A stretch of DNA of 61,748 nucleotides from an uncultured Acidimicrobiales bacterium (GCA_964514465.1 CAZERQ010000192.1:1-61748), one strand, 5' to 3'; shown: positions 49,854-60,249, counted from the stretch's first letter. The notes: generated by a model from the sequence alone, not told the origin. Numbers and translations are program-made.

Positions 49854-51320
49854 GTGGCAAATAGTGCTGGGACAAAGAGCCCCGCGGCATATAGCACCGC
49901 GGCAAATTCAGTGGCGGGCAGAGCCGTCCATGTCGTGGGCATCGGCGGGGCCGGCATGTCGGCTGTGGCTGAAGTGCTGCTGGGCCTCAGCTGTCGGGTC
50001 AGCGGCTCGGACATAAAGCAGAACCACAGAACCCAGCGGCTGTCCGACCTGGGCGCCAACATCGCCATCGGCCACAGCCCCAAAAATCTTGGCACAGCCG
50101 AGTTGGTGGTGCACTCGTCTGCCATCGCCTCTGACAATGTTGAGTTGAGCACCGCCCGCGACCGCGGCCTCGATGTGTGGAACAGGGCTGAGATGCTGCG
50201 GGCAATCGGAGCGCTCAAACAGACCATAGCCGTGGCCGGCACGCACGGCAAGACCACCACCGCATCCATGCTTTCGCTCATCTTGTTGCACGACCAGCAC
50301 AAGCCGTCATACATCATCGGCGCCGATGTCAATGAGGTCGGCAGCGGGGCTTGCTGGAACAGCGGACGGCATCTGGTGGTTGAGGCCGATGAGAGCGACG
50401 GATCTTTTTTGGCGCTGGAGCCGGATTGTGCGATCGCCACCAGCGTGGATCCGGATCACCACACCCGCTATGGCAGCTTCGGGGAGTTGTGCCGGGAGTT
50501 CGTCGATTTTTTGGGTCTGGTCAATGATGTGGCAGTTGTGCACACCCAGGCTCTGTCTGTCTTGCGCGACAACCTGCCAGACGATGTGGCGGGGAAGCTG
50601 GACGGGCTTGCTTGCGACATCATCAGCTATGGGACGCAGCCTGAGGCCGACTATCAAATCACCGACTTCGCACAGACAGGTGCAGCCGCCAGCTTCAAGG
50701 TGCAGCACCGAGGCGGGCTCTGGGCTGAAGTGTCGCTGCCCATACCCGGACTTCACAATGCCGAAAACGCTCTGGCTGCATTATTGGCGGCGAGCTCGCT
50801 GGGAGTTTCGCCAGAGACCGCCGCGGGCTCGCTGGAACGTTTTGCGGGCATATCCAGGCGCTTTGAGTTCCGAGGCACCCAGGCTGGCATCGCTTTCATT
50901 GACGACTATGCCCACCTGCCCGCCGAAGTCGCCGCCACGATCGCAGCCGCCGCCCAGTTGGCTGGCTCACAAACTGGTGGCTCGCAAGCTGGCGGCTCTC
51001 GCATCGTCTGCGTGTTCCAGCCACACCGCTATTCGCGCACCAAACATCTCTGGCTGGATTTCGGATCGGCTTTTGAGGGCGCAGATATGCTGGTGCTGAC
51101 AGACGTATACTCAGCTGGTGAGATGCCACTTCCAGGCGTGACCGGAGAGCTGATTGCCCAGGCGGTCGCCAGCCAGCAGCCCCGAGTGCTCTGGGCTCCC
51201 AGACTGGACGACGTGGTCGACACGCTCTCTCGGGAACTAAAGCCCAATGATATCTGTTTAGTGCTGGGCGCCGGCGACATTCACCTGGTGATAGATCAGG
51301 TCAAGCAGAGGCTGTCATAG
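49854..51320 (+). CDS. murC: UDP-N-acetylmuramate--L-alanine ligase
   Basis: VHVVGIGGAGMSAVAEVL, VAGTHGKTTTASM, EADESDGSF, DDYAHLPAEV. Confidence 0.93.
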   Translation: MANSAGTKSPAAYSTAANSVAGRAVHVVGIGGAGMSAVAEVLLGLSCRVSGSDIKQNHRTQRLSDLGANIAIGHSPKNLGTAELVVHSSAIASDNVELSTARDRGLDVWNRAEMLRAIGALKQTIAVAGTHGKTTTASMLSLILLHDQHKPSYIIGADVNEVGSGACWNSGRHLVVEADESDGSFLALEPDCAIATSVDPDHHTRYGSFGELCREFVDFLGLVNDVAVVHTQALSVLRDNLPDDVAGKLDGLACDIISYGTQPEADYQITDFAQTGAAASFKVQHRGGLWAEVSLPIPGLHNAENALAALLAASSLGVSPETAAGSLERFAGISRRFEFRGTQAGIAFIDDYAHLPAEVAATIAAAAQLAGSQTGGSQAGGSRIVCVFQPHRYSRTKHLWLDFGSAFEGADMLVLTDVYSAGEMPLPGVTGELIAQAVASQQPRVLWAPRLDDVVDTLSRELKPNDICLVLGAGDIHLVIDQVKQRLS

Positions 51321-51331
51321 CCAAAGCGACC

Positions 51332-52384
51332 ATGAACCAAGACCAAGCAGACCAGCCTCAAACGGCCCAGCCTCGGAACTTGGGCGAGCACCAGCCCCCG
51401 ATCGAGCGGTTGGCGGCGCAGCTGTCCGAACTGCTCCCCGGCTGCGATCTGGATCTGGACTGGCCGCTGGGCCAGCACACCAGCTATAGGGTCGGCGGAT
51501 CGGCCAGGCTGGCGCTGAAGGTCGACACTCCGCTGCAGCTGGCCCGACTTGCCAGGTTCTGGTCTGGCGAAGACGTAGGTCTGCCTCTGCTGGTGCTGGG
51601 AAGCGGAACGAACATGCTGGTGGCTGACGCTGGATTCAGGGGAGTGCTGGTGCGCTTGGGCGAGCAGTTCTCGGGCATCGAGCTGCCGCATGTGTCCTCG
51701 CACGGCAACTGGAGCAGCACCGACGACACAGCCATGCGGGTCGGAGCGTCTGTGCCGTTGCCCATCGCGGCGCGCCAGTCGGCTGCCGGCGGGCTGGGTG
51801 GATTCGAGTGGGCGGTCGGTGTGCCTGGGTCGGCCGGGGGAGCGGTCAGGATGAACGCGGGCGGGCATGGCTCAGATGTCGCGCAAAGTCTGATCTCGGC
51901 CACCTGCGTTGACCTGTCCAGCGGACTGATGCTGACATTGACTCCGCAGCAGCTGCAGCTCGGCTATCGCACCAGCGCGCTTGCGTCCAGCCAGATTGTG
52001 TGCAGCGCCAGCTTCAGGCTGCATCACGCCAACCCGCTGCACTCCCGCCAGCTGATCGCGGACATCCTGAGCTGGCGGCGCGAGCACCAGCCGGGCGGAC
52101 AGAACTGCGGTTCAGTGTTCGCCAACACCGGCGACCAGGCAGCCGGTGCGCTGGTGGATCGGGCGGGGCTGAAGGGCAAGAGGTTGGGCAGCGCTCGTGT
52201 CTCGGCCAAGCACGCCAACTTCATCATCGCCGACAGGGGAGGCCGGGCACAGGACATCTTTGATCTGATGCGGGAGGTGCATGCGACTGTGCATGCCCAG
52301 ACGGGCATCGGGCTGAAGAGCGAAACTGTGCTGGTCGGCTTTGACGGCCCCGACGCTGATTTGCTCAGGGGGATAAAGAGCTGA
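51332..52384 (+). CDS. murB: UDP-N-acetylenolpyruvoylglucosamine reductase
   Basis: HTSYRVGGSARL, VLGSGTNMLVAD, GVPGSAGGAVRMNAGGHG, GSVFANT. Confidence 0.9.
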   Translation: MNQDQADQPQTAQPRNLGEHQPPIERLAAQLSELLPGCDLDLDWPLGQHTSYRVGGSARLALKVDTPLQLARLARFWSGEDVGLPLLVLGSGTNMLVADAGFRGVLVRLGEQFSGIELPHVSSHGNWSSTDDTAMRVGASVPLPIAARQSAAGGLGGFEWAVGVPGSAGGAVRMNAGGHGSDVAQSLISATCVDLSSGLMLTLTPQQLQLGYRTSALASSQIVCSASFRLHHANPLHSRQLIADILSWRREHQPGGQNCGSVFANTGDQAAGALVDRAGLKGKRLGSARVSAKHANFIIADRGGRAQDIFDLMREVHATVHAQTGIGLKSETVLVGFDGPDADLLRGIKS

Positions 52385-53160
52385 TGTCCGCCCAGATGCA
52401 CCCCAAGATGCAGTCGCGCCGCCGCAAGGTCTCCGGCGCAAAGAACAAGCGACGGCTCCGCTGGAAGCTGTATCCGCCGCTGATCCTGTTGGCGCTGGCG
52501 GGTCTGGCAGTTTGGCTGCTGCTATACAGTCCGTTCTTGGATCTGAACGATGTGCGCATTTCCGGCCTGGGCCAGACCGACCCCGCCAGCATATCTGAGA
52601 TCACCGACCAGCTGCTGGGAGACCCCCTGCTGACCGCCAACATAGACGATGCCCGCAAGCTCATCGCCGACCTGCCGTGGGTGCAAGACGTGGAAATCTC
52701 GCGCTCCTGGAGAAACGGCAGGCTAGACATATCGGTGATCGAACGCACACCCGTTGCCGTGGTGCTGCGCGACGCGGGCTATGATCTGGTGGACATCGAG
52801 GGCAAGATACTGGACAGGCTTGACGACGCCCGGGGCTATCTGGTGGTTGAGGGAATCGGCGAAGCTGGCGCCGACGCAAGCGAGTATCTGAACTCAGAGG
52901 TGGCGCTGGAAGTGGCGCGTGAAGTGGCGCAGGTGCCGCGGCTGAGCCAGCAGGTGGGAGCGGTGGTGCAAGACGAAACCGGCAAGATCTTCTTGCGCCT
53001 GGACAGCGGGGGATGGGTCTATCTGAACGATGCCCGCGAGCTCACATCCAAGCTACGCTCGGCCGAAACAGTGCTGTCGCAAGCCAGTCTGGCTTGTTCT
53101 CAAATGCTAAATGTCGACTCTCCGTTGGCCCCGGTGATCACCGAAGACCACGTCTGCTGA
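52384..53160 (+). CDS. ftsQ: Cell division protein FtsQ
   Basis: Basic tail plus TM segment LILLALAGLAVWLLL. POTRA-like LDLNDVRISGLGQTD...LPWVQDVEISRSW. Sits between murB and ftsZ. Confidence 0.8.
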   Translation: MSAQMHPKMQSRRRKVSGAKNKRRLRWKLYPPLILLALAGLAVWLLLYSPFLDLNDVRISGLGQTDPASISEITDQLLGDPLLTANIDDARKLIADLPWVQDVEISRSWRNGRLDISVIERTPVAVVLRDAGYDLVDIEGKILDRLDDARGYLVVEGIGEAGADASEYLNSEVALEVAREVAQVPRLSQQVGAVVQDETGKIFLRLDSGGWVYLNDARELTSKLRSAETVLSQASLACSQMLNVDSPLAPVITEDHVC

Positions 53161-53233
53161 GGGCTGGCCAGGGCCCACCACGCCAGCGCCAACCTTAACC
53201 CTAAAGTGCAGCTTTAGTGTTGGCAGATTTCAC

Positions 53234-53261
53234 TTGCATCTGTAAACATTTAAGCTAAACT
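53234..53261 (+). promoter_or_regulatory. Candidate ftsZ promoter in the AT-rich ftsQ-ftsZ spacer
   Basis: TTGCAT (53234-53239), 16-nt spacer, TAAACT (53256-53261). The 9-mer TTGCATCTG recurs at 53311-53319. Confidence 0.3.
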
Positions 53262-53345
53262 ACAGGTTTAGGACGCCCAGCGTCATATCCAGAAATTCCA
53301 ACGCAACATTTTGCATCTGAGCAATTCTCACCAAGGAGCATTCCC

Positions 53346-54470
53346 ATGTCTGAACAAAACAACTATCTGGCCGTCATCAAGGTAATTGGTGTTGGCGGGG
53401 GTGGCGGCAACGCGGTAAACCGGATGATCGTAACCGGCTTGCGCGGTGTCGAATTCATCGCCGTCAACACCGACGCCCAGGCCCTGCTCACCAGCGACGC
53501 CGACATGAAGATTTCAATCGGCGGCGACCGCACCAGAGGGCTGGGGGCAGGCGGCGATCCTCAGGTGGGAGCTGAAGCAGCCGAATCCAGCCGCCGCGAG
53601 ATAGAGGAGGCGCTGGCCGGAGCAGACATGATATTCATCACCGCAGGCGAAGGCGGCGGCACAGGCACGGGCGCGGCGCCAATCGTGGCCGAGATAGCCA
53701 AAGGCTCAGGCGCCCTGACCGTGGCCGTGGTAACGAGGCCGTTTGATTTCGAGGGTCGCTCCAGGGCAGTCAAGGCGGATGAGGGCATCCAGAACCTGCG
53801 TGAGAAGGTTGACACCCTGATCGTCATACCCAACGACCGACTGTTGGATGCTGCCGATGAGAACATGCCCATTCTGGAAGCCTTTGCCATGGCCGACAAT
53901 GTCTTGTTGCAGGGCGTCAAGGGCATCTCCGACATCATCACCCGGCCGGGCCAGATCAACGCCGACTTCGCTGACGTAAAGACCATCATGACCGACGCCG
54001 GCTCGGCCATGATGGGCATCGGCACAGCCACCGGCGAGGACCGGGCCATAGCCGCCGCCCGCAAAGCCCTGCGCAGCCCGCTCCTGGAGGATGCAGTGGA
54101 GCAGGCCCGCGGCATTCTTTTGTCCATCAGCGGCGACGCCGACATGACCATCAACGACCTGGAGAAGGCGGCCAATGTCGTCAAGGAGGTCGCCCACAAC
54201 GATGCCAACATCATCATGGGGATGTATCTGGACACCGAGCTTGAGAACGAGATCAGGGTAACGGTGCTGGCGGCCGGCTTTGACCGCAGCGCGCCGCAGA
54301 CTTCTGGCTCAGATGCGGTGGTGCTTGAGATGCCCACCGAGATGGCTGCCGACGACACCTTTGACGGCGCAGGCGAGATGGGCGATGTCGCAGATGATCT
54401 GGTGGACGAGCTGGGGGATCTGCCGGGCCAGAGCGACGACGAATGGGCCGTGCCTGATTTCTTGCAGTAA
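53346..54470 (+). CDS. ftsZ: Cell division GTPase FtsZ
   Basis: [38 protein letters not shown] Shine-Dalgarno. Confidence 0.97.
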   Translation: MSEQNNYLAVIKVIGVGGGGGNAVNRMIVTGLRGVEFIAVNTDAQALLTSDADMKISIGGDRTRGLGAGGDPQVGAEAAESSRREIEEALAGADMIFITAGEGGGTGTGAAPIVAEIAKGSGALTVAVVTRPFDFEGRSRAVKADEGIQNLREKVDTLIVIPNDRLLDAADENMPILEAFAMADNVLLQGVKGISDIITRPGQINADFADVKTIMTDAGSAMMGIGTATGEDRAIAAARKALRSPLLEDAVEQARGILLSISGDADMTINDLEKAANVVKEVAHNDANIIMGMYLDTELENEIRVTVLAAGFDRSAPQTSGSDAVVLEMPTEMAADDTFDGAGEMGDVADDLVDELGDLPGQSDDEWAVPDFLQ

Positions 54471-54496
54471 GGTTTTTCTTGTTGTCGGCCTGAGTC

Positions 54497-55240
54497 TTGA
54501 CGCCGGAGCAAAGTCGCATCCGCCGCGAGTTCCCGCTTGAGTGCCGCGGGCGCATAGTTGTCGCTCAGACCGAGCGGTCAGACGGAGACTTCAGTCCGAA
54601 CTCCAGCAGCGACCTGGCCCAGCACCGACAACAGATTGCGCCGGTTCCCTGGGTGTGGTGCGAGCAGGTGCATGGCGCGCAGGTGGCGGTTGTCCGACAG
54701 ACAGGCCACTTTGAACCATCATCAGCCTCCCAAGCGGACGCTCTGATCACCGCCCAGGCCAACCTCGCGCTGGGCATCACAACCGCAGACTGCGCGCCCA
54801 TAGCTGTGTGGACGACCGAAGGTGCCGTGGCCGCCATTCACGCCGGCTGGCGCGGTCTGGCCGCCGGCATTGTCGGTCAGGCAGTTGCCGAGCTTGTCTC
54901 GCTGCAGCCCACTTCTGCCAGTCCCACTTCCGCCCGACTTAGCGCTTTCGTGGGCCCGCACATCTGCGCCGGGTGCTATGAGTTCTCACCGGCTGATGCC
55001 GCGGGGCTGTGCGCCCAGTGGGGCGAGGACATTTTGCGCGCGGATGGGGCCGGTCGCGGTGGGGAGACTGGACACAACCTGGACCTGCGGCTTGTGATCT
55101 CGCGAGCTCTGACCCAGGCCGGAGTCGCCCAGGTTGAGTATCTGGATTCCTGCAGCAGCTGCGAGGCCGAACGCTGGTTCTCACACAGGGCGCGCTCGGA
55201 AACCCAAAGGAACGCCATGGTAGTCTGGTGGGAGACATGA
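54497..55240 (+). CDS. pgeF: Purine nucleoside phosphorylase / laccase-domain protein (YfiH/PgeF, DUF152)
   Basis: ITTADCAPIAVW, AIHAGWRGLAAGIV, GPHICAGCYE. TTG start is uncertain. Confidence 0.85.
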   Translation: MTPEQSRIRREFPLECRGRIVVAQTERSDGDFSPNSSSDLAQHRQQIAPVPWVWCEQVHGAQVAVVRQTGHFEPSSASQADALITAQANLALGITTADCAPIAVWTTEGAVAAIHAGWRGLAAGIVGQAVAELVSLQPTSASPTSARLSAFVGPHICAGCYEFSPADAAGLCAQWGEDILRADGAGRGGETGHNLDLRLVISRALTQAGVAQVEYLDSCSSCEAERWFSHRARSETQRNAMVVWWET

Positions 55241-56019
55241 GTCAGCTGGAGAATGAGCCGGGTGCAATGACGAACAGGCAGGAGCAACAGCACGCCATGC
55301 AAGGCGACGAGCATGCACGCCAGCTCACCCAACTCGTGGCCGAGCGACTGTCGCACGTCAAGAAGCGACTGCTGGCAGCCACCCCCGGCCGCAATCTGCC
55401 CCAGATCGTGGCGGTGACCAAAGGCTGTTTTGAACAACACATCCAGGCAGCTCTGGCCAACGGCTTGTGTGACTTCGGGGAGAACTACGCCGACGAGCTG
55501 AAGGCCAAATCAGAGAAAATGAAATCGGGGTTGGCCGCGGAATCGACATCACCGGCCGCTGGGTCGACAGCAGACGACATCCGCTGGCATTTCCAGGGCC
55601 GGCTGCAGTCCAACAAGATAGCCCGGCTCGATGGCATCGTCTCGGTGTGGCAAAGCCTTGACAACCTGTCAACAGCCGAAAAGCTGGCCAAGCGCATTGC
55701 CGGAGCAGATGTGTTCGTGGAGGTACGCACCAGCCAAGACGACAGCCGCCCCGGAGTGGAGCCATCGCAGATCCCAGAATTTGTTGAACGCTGCCGACTG
55801 CTGCAGCTGAATGTGCGCGGGCTGATGTGCATCGCCAGCCTGGAGCCGGCCGAGGCAGCCAGGGAGTTCGAGTTGTGCCGTCGGCTGGGCGAGGCTTCGG
55901 GGCTGTCCGAGCTGAGCATGGGCATGTCGCAGGACTACGAGCTGGCCGCCCAAAACGGAGCCACCATGGTTCGTCTGGGCAGGATTCTGTTCGACCCCGA
56001 TTTCCCAATTCGGCACTGA
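55237..56019 (+). CDS. yggS: PLP-binding homeostasis protein YggS family
   Basis: VAVTKG, FGENYADEL, WHFQGRLQSNKI, LSMGMSQDYELA. ATGA overlap with the pgeF stop. GTG 55228 is an alternative start. Confidence 0.88.
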   Translation: MSQLENEPGAMTNRQEQQHAMQGDEHARQLTQLVAERLSHVKKRLLAATPGRNLPQIVAVTKGCFEQHIQAALANGLCDFGENYADELKAKSEKMKSGLAAESTSPAAGSTADDIRWHFQGRLQSNKIARLDGIVSVWQSLDNLSTAEKLAKRIAGADVFVEVRTSQDDSRPGVEPSQIPEFVERCRLLQLNVRGLMCIASLEPAEAAREFELCRRLGEASGLSELSMGMSQDYELAAQNGATMVRLGRILFDPDFPIRH

Positions 56020-56061
56020 AAAATCAAATCCGGCATTAAATCCAAGCAGCGCCGCCAAAAC

Positions 56062-56571
56062 ATGACTATAATGGCAGTGATGTCAAAATTCAAACGGGTC
56101 ATGTATTATCTGGGACTGAGCGCCGACGAGGAGTATGCCGACTACGACGACTTCGGCCAGGCCAGCCCCGAAACTTTCACCTATGGGCAGGAGCCGTCAA
56201 ACGTGAACATGGACCCGGTTCCCGTTGCCTCCACCATGCCGACACAGAACGACGACTTCAGCGTCTATACGCCGCTGTCGCCCTCGTCGCCAACCGTGCG
56301 CCCCATGCCGCAGAGCCAGACCTCCAAGGTGCAGGTGCTGACTCCGAGGTCGTTTCAGGAGGTCAAGGAGATCGGCGAGAACCTGAGGCGTGAGCAGCCG
56401 ATCATCGTCAACCTGCAAGAGACGCAGCAGGATGTCTCGCGCCGCATTGTTGATTTTGCCAGCGGCGTCTGCTTCGCTCTGGGAGGACAGATGGAGCGGG
56501 TGGCGGATTTGGTGTATCTGTTGGCGCCAGCCGATGTTGAGATCAACCCGGAAGACCACACGCAGTTCTAG
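56062..56571 (+). CDS. sepF: Cell division protein SepF
   Basis: VMYYLGL..., RSFQEVKEIGENLRREQPIIVNLQ, RIVDFASGVCFALGGQMERV. Alternative ATG starts at 56071 and 56080. Confidence 0.9.
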   Translation: MTIMAVMSKFKRVMYYLGLSADEEYADYDDFGQASPETFTYGQEPSNVNMDPVPVASTMPTQNDDFSVYTPLSPSSPTVRPMPQSQTSKVQVLTPRSFQEVKEIGENLRREQPIIVNLQETQQDVSRRIVDFASGVCFALGGQMERVADLVYLLAPADVEINPEDHTQF

Positions 56572-56604
56572 TCGGCCTGTCGGTGGACGGGTTGGGGAGT
56601 TCGG

Positions 56605-56856
56605 ATGTTTTTGCTGTGCTGGCTGATTTATCTGCTGTTGATTGTCATTTTTTTGCGGGCCATCCTGAGCTGGTTCCCGATCAGCCCACACTCAATGGCC
56701 GGCACAGCGGTGTATTACCTGAATCGTGTGACCGAACCGCTGATGGCTCCGGTCAGACGTTTTGTCCGCCCGGCCAGCGTGAGCGGCACGGCCATAGATT
56801 TCAGCGCGATGATCGTGATGTTCGTGCTGTTTATTTTGGTTAGGTTTGTCTGCTAG
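56605..56856 (+). CDS. yggT: YggT-family membrane protein
   Basis: LLLIVIFLRAILSWFPISP....YYLNRVTEPLMAPVRR. Lies after sepF. Confidence 0.85.
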   Translation: MFLLCWLIYLLLIVIFLRAILSWFPISPHSMAGTAVYYLNRVTEPLMAPVRRFVRPASVSGTAIDFSAMIVMFVLFILVRFVC

Positions 56857-59800
56857 GACTTGCGGATTGAAAAGCTGAACGCTTGGCCGTCAAGTTCGCC
56901 CTCAGTGATACCCTCGGGCATATCGGCCGCCGCCCCAAAATTAATCGCCACAGCCAGCACCTGGTCGGCCAGATAATCCTGGTGGCTGCGGATGGCTTGC
57001 TCCAACTCCCCGGGCAGCGCCAGGCTCAACTCAATCCGGTCGGAGATATGCAGCCCCGCATCACGCCTGGCCTGTTGCACCAAACGGACCAGACGCCGGG
57101 CCTGTCCCTCCTGGCGCAGCTCGTCCGTAACCTCCATATCCAAGCTGACCACAGAAAGCCCGTCGCCCAAAACTGCGTGGGTGAATGGTGATGGTGCGCT
57201 ATCGCCATCTCCCGGACGCTCGCCGCCCACCAGCGTGACGGTGAACTCGTCGGGCTCAAGGACAACCCCCGCGACTTCCGCCTGGCCGCTGTCGGCAATC
57301 TTCCAGTCGCCCGACTTGGCCGCGGCCATGACCGCCTGCATCTGATCCTTCAGCCGGGGCCCGAGCTTCTTGCCGTCCGGTTTGAGCGACGGAGTGAAGC
57401 TCGCCGGGGCTTCGTCTGCCAGATCAATTGTCTTGACGTTGACCTCATCGGCCAACAGCTCGACATAGGGGCGCAGCGTCTCAGCGCGTGGGCCGGCGAT
57501 GCCCAGATGAGACAGCGGTATGCGCACCGGGACTTTGCCCTGCTCGCGCAGATGCAGCACGGACGAACAGACCTCCCGGGCGTGATCCATGGCCGCCACC
57601 AGATCCGGATCGTCGGGCAGCGCATCGGGTTCGGGCCAGTCGGTGAGGTGGACGCTGACCGGAGCATCGCCGTCGGCATCGCCATCGGCGCCCGCGCCAG
57701 CCACCAGCCCTCGATATATCTCCTCGCTCACCAAAGGCAGAAGCGGCGCCGTCAGTCGGGCAAAAACAGTCAGCACCACAAACAATGTGTCATATGCCTG
57801 CTGCTTGGCTTCGATCGCCTCAGGCGTGCGATCCTCCTTGGGCGCCCAGAAACGGTCACGGCTGCGGCGGATATACCAGTTGTTCAAGGCATCGATGAAC
57901 TCGGTGATGTGCGCGCAGCTCTGGGGCAGGTCATAGTCGTCCAGCGCCGCGGTGACCTCAGCCACAAGCTGGCGGGTCTTGGCCAGAATATATCGGTCGA
58001 GCACATGGCTTGAGCTGGTGCTGTCTCCGGCCCGGATGCTGTCGGCGTTGGCATAGAGGCAAAAGAAGCTGTAGGCATTCCAGATGGGATAAAGCACCAG
58101 TCGGGTAACCGAGTTCATGTCCCCCTCGCTGATTCGCAGATCCCCGCCGCGCACCACCGGCGAAGACATCAGATACCAGCGCAGCGCATCCGAACCCTGC
58201 TGGCTGAACACCTCCTCGGGGTCGGGATAGTTGCGCAGCCGCTTGGACAGCTTGTTGCCGTCGGCCGCCAGCACCACCCCATGCCCGATGGCGTTCTTGA
58301 ACGGAGGCGAGTCAAACAGCGCCACGCCCAGGACATGCAGGGTGTAGAACCAGCCCCGCGTCTGGTTGATGTATTCCACGATGAAGTCGGCCGGGAAGTG
58401 GCTGTCGAACCACTCCTTGTTCTCAAAGGGATAATGCACCTGCGCAAACGGCATCGACCCGGACTCGAACCAGCAGTCCAGCACCTCCGGCACGCGCCGC
58501 ATCACCGACCGGCCGCTGGGGTTGTCCGGGTTGGGCCGGGTCAGCTGGTCGATGTCGGGGCGGTGCAGGCTCTGTGGGCGCACGCCGAAGTCGGCCTCCA
58601 GCTCGGCCAGGCTGCCATAGACGTCCATCCGGGGATACTCGGGGTCGTCGCTGCGCCAGACCGGCAGGGGCGCGCCCCAGAACCGGTTGCGGCTGACGGC
58701 CCAGTCCCGCGCGCCCAAAAGCCAGTTGCCGAACCTGCCGTCTCCGACGTGCTGCGGGATCCAGTTGATCTGGCTGTTCAGCTCCACCAGGCGATCCTTG
58801 ATGGAGGTCACGCTGACATACCACGAATTCATGGCGCGATAGATGATGGGCGTGTCGGTGCGCCAGCAATAGGGATAGTTGTGCTCGATGGTGCGGTGGC
58901 TCCACAGCAGCTTGCGGCGGCGCAGCTCGGCGATGATGTCGCTGTTGGCGTCGAATACGTTGCGGCCCGACCATTGCGACACCTGACCGGTGAAGTTGCC
59001 CTCGTCATCCACCGGAACCACGACCTCGATGTCCGCGGCTTGGCAGGCCGACTGGTCGTCCTCGCCGAAGCCGGGCGCCATATGCACGATGCCAGTGCCC
59101 TCGGCGGTGTCTACGAAGTCTGCGGCCAGCACTTGGTGCGCGTTGGCGGTGCCGGCGAAATAGTCAAACAGCGGCTGATAGCTGCGCCCGACCAGGCTGG
59201 CTCCCTTGACGGTGCCCACGCGCCGGGCTGTCTGGTCGGTGAGGTCCGCGCTCTTGAGCACCTGTTCGGCCAGCGCGCCGGCGAAAATGAACTGTTGGGT
59301 GGCGCCGTTTTTGCCCGCGCCTGAGCTGTCCGCGCCGCGCCCAGCCACCAACTCCGGGCACTCCCAGATGTCATAGTCCACCTCGGGATGAACCGCCAGC
59401 GCCAGATTGCTGGGCAAAGTCCAAGGGGTGGTCGTCCATGCCAGCAAGTTGACCGGGCCGTCGTCGCCGGCCTGAGGAGCCAGACAAAAAGCCACGGTGA
59501 CGGCCGGATCCTGTCGGCTCCTGGTGGCGTCATCCAGTCGTATCTCAAAATTCGACAGCGGGGTCTGCGCGCCCCAGGAATAGGGCATCACCCGATAGGC
59601 CTCATAGATCAGTCCCTTGTCCCACAGCTCTTTGAACGCCCAGATGACGCTTTCCATATAGTTCAGATCCATGGTCTTGTAGTCGTTGTGGAAATCCACC
59701 CAGCGGGCCTGGCGCCCCACATAGCGCTCCCATTCCGCGGTGTAGCGCATGACCGACTCGCGGCAGAAATCGTTGAAGCGGGCCACCCCGAAATCCTGGA

Positions 59801-60185
59801 CGCTCTTGCGGCCCTGCAGCCCGAGCTCCTTTTCGACCTCCATCTCGGCGGGCAGGCCGTGGCAGTCCCAGCCGAACCTGCGCTCGACCTTGCGGCCGCG
59901 CATGGTCTGGTAGCGGGGGATGACGTCTTTGACATAGCCCGTGAGCAGATGCCCGTAGTGTGGCAGGCCGTTGGCGAATGGCGGGCCGTCATAGAATACG
60001 TATTCGTTGCTGCCGCCGGGGCGCTGGGCCACGGAACGCTCAAAGACCTGGTGCTGCTGCCAGAAATCCAGGACGGCTCGCTCTATGCGGGCGAAGTCGG
60101 GTTTCGGCCCCACGCTGGGGTAGCGCGGTTCGGCGTTGGGATGGCGCGGTTCGGCGTTGGGATGGCGGTTGTTTTTATTTTTCAT
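56853..60185 (-). CDS. ileS: Isoleucine--tRNA ligase (type 2, eukaryote-like form common in Actinomycetota)
   Basis: 1110 aa. PPFANGLPHYGHLLTGYVKD (HIGH region), KLSKRL (KMSKS region), WCISRNRFWG-like WAVSRNRFWGAPLPVW. Confidence 0.95.
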   Translation of the reverse strand: MKNKNNRHPNAEPRHPNAEPRYPSVGPKPDFARIERAVLDFWQQHQVFERSVAQRPGGSNEYVFYDGPPFANGLPHYGHLLTGYVKDVIPRYQTMRGRKVERRFGWDCHGLPAEMEVEKELGLQGRKSVQDFGVARFNDFCRESVMRYTAEWERYVGRQARWVDFHNDYKTMDLNYMESVIWAFKELWDKGLIYEAYRVMPYSWGAQTPLSNFEIRLDDATRSRQDPAVTVAFCLAPQAGDDGPVNLLAWTTTPWTLPSNLALAVHPEVDYDIWECPELVAGRGADSSGAGKNGATQQFIFAGALAEQVLKSADLTDQTARRVGTVKGASLVGRSYQPLFDYFAGTANAHQVLAADFVDTAEGTGIVHMAPGFGEDDQSACQAADIEVVVPVDDEGNFTGQVSQWSGRNVFDANSDIIAELRRRKLLWSHRTIEHNYPYCWRTDTPIIYRAMNSWYVSVTSIKDRLVELNSQINWIPQHVGDGRFGNWLLGARDWAVSRNRFWGAPLPVWRSDDPEYPRMDVYGSLAELEADFGVRPQSLHRPDIDQLTRPNPDNPSGRSVMRRVPEVLDCWFESGSMPFAQVHYPFENKEWFDSHFPADFIVEYINQTRGWFYTLHVLGVALFDSPPFKNAIGHGVVLAADGNKLSKRLRNYPDPEEVFSQQGSDALRWYLMSSPVVRGGDLRISEGDMNSVTRLVLYPIWNAYSFFCLYANADSIRAGDSTSSSHVLDRYILAKTRQLVAEVTAALDDYDLPQSCAHITEFIDALNNWYIRRSRDRFWAPKEDRTPEAIEAKQQAYDTLFVVLTVFARLTAPLLPLVSEEIYRGLVAGAGADGDADGDAPVSVHLTDWPEPDALPDDPDLVAAMDHAREVCSSVLHLREQGKVPVRIPLSHLGIAGPRAETLRPYVELLADEVNVKTIDLADEAPASFTPSLKPDGKKLGPRLKDQMQAVMAAAKSGDWKIADSGQAEVAGVVLEPDEFTVTLVGGERPGDGDSAPSPFTHAVLGDGLSVVSLDMEVTDELRQEGQARRLVRLVQQARRDAGLHISDRIELSLALPGELEQAIRSHQDYLADQVLAVAINFGAAADMPEGITEGELDGQAFSFSIRKS
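60123..60164 (-). repeat. Perfect 2 x 21-nt in-frame tandem duplication in the ileS N-terminal tail
   Basis: Plus strand gcgcggttcggcgttgggatg x2, encoding HPNAEPR HPNAEPR on the minus strand. Confidence 0.95.
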
Positions 60186-60249
60186 AAATGCAATTTTTCA
60201 GGTTAGATAGGTAGCCTAAGAAAAGGCAACAATTTCTTTAACTTTACCT

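Noticed and set aside
56853-56856. yggT and ileS stop codons share the palindrome CTAG (convergent 4-nt overlap)
   Set aside because: It is real but trivial. It only shows that there is no room for a terminator between the convergent genes.
60186-60249. T-box leader upstream of ileS
   Set aside because: Only 64 nt separate ileS from the divergent DksA-like gene. That is far too short for a T-box (~200+ nt), and no specifier or T-box sequence is seen.
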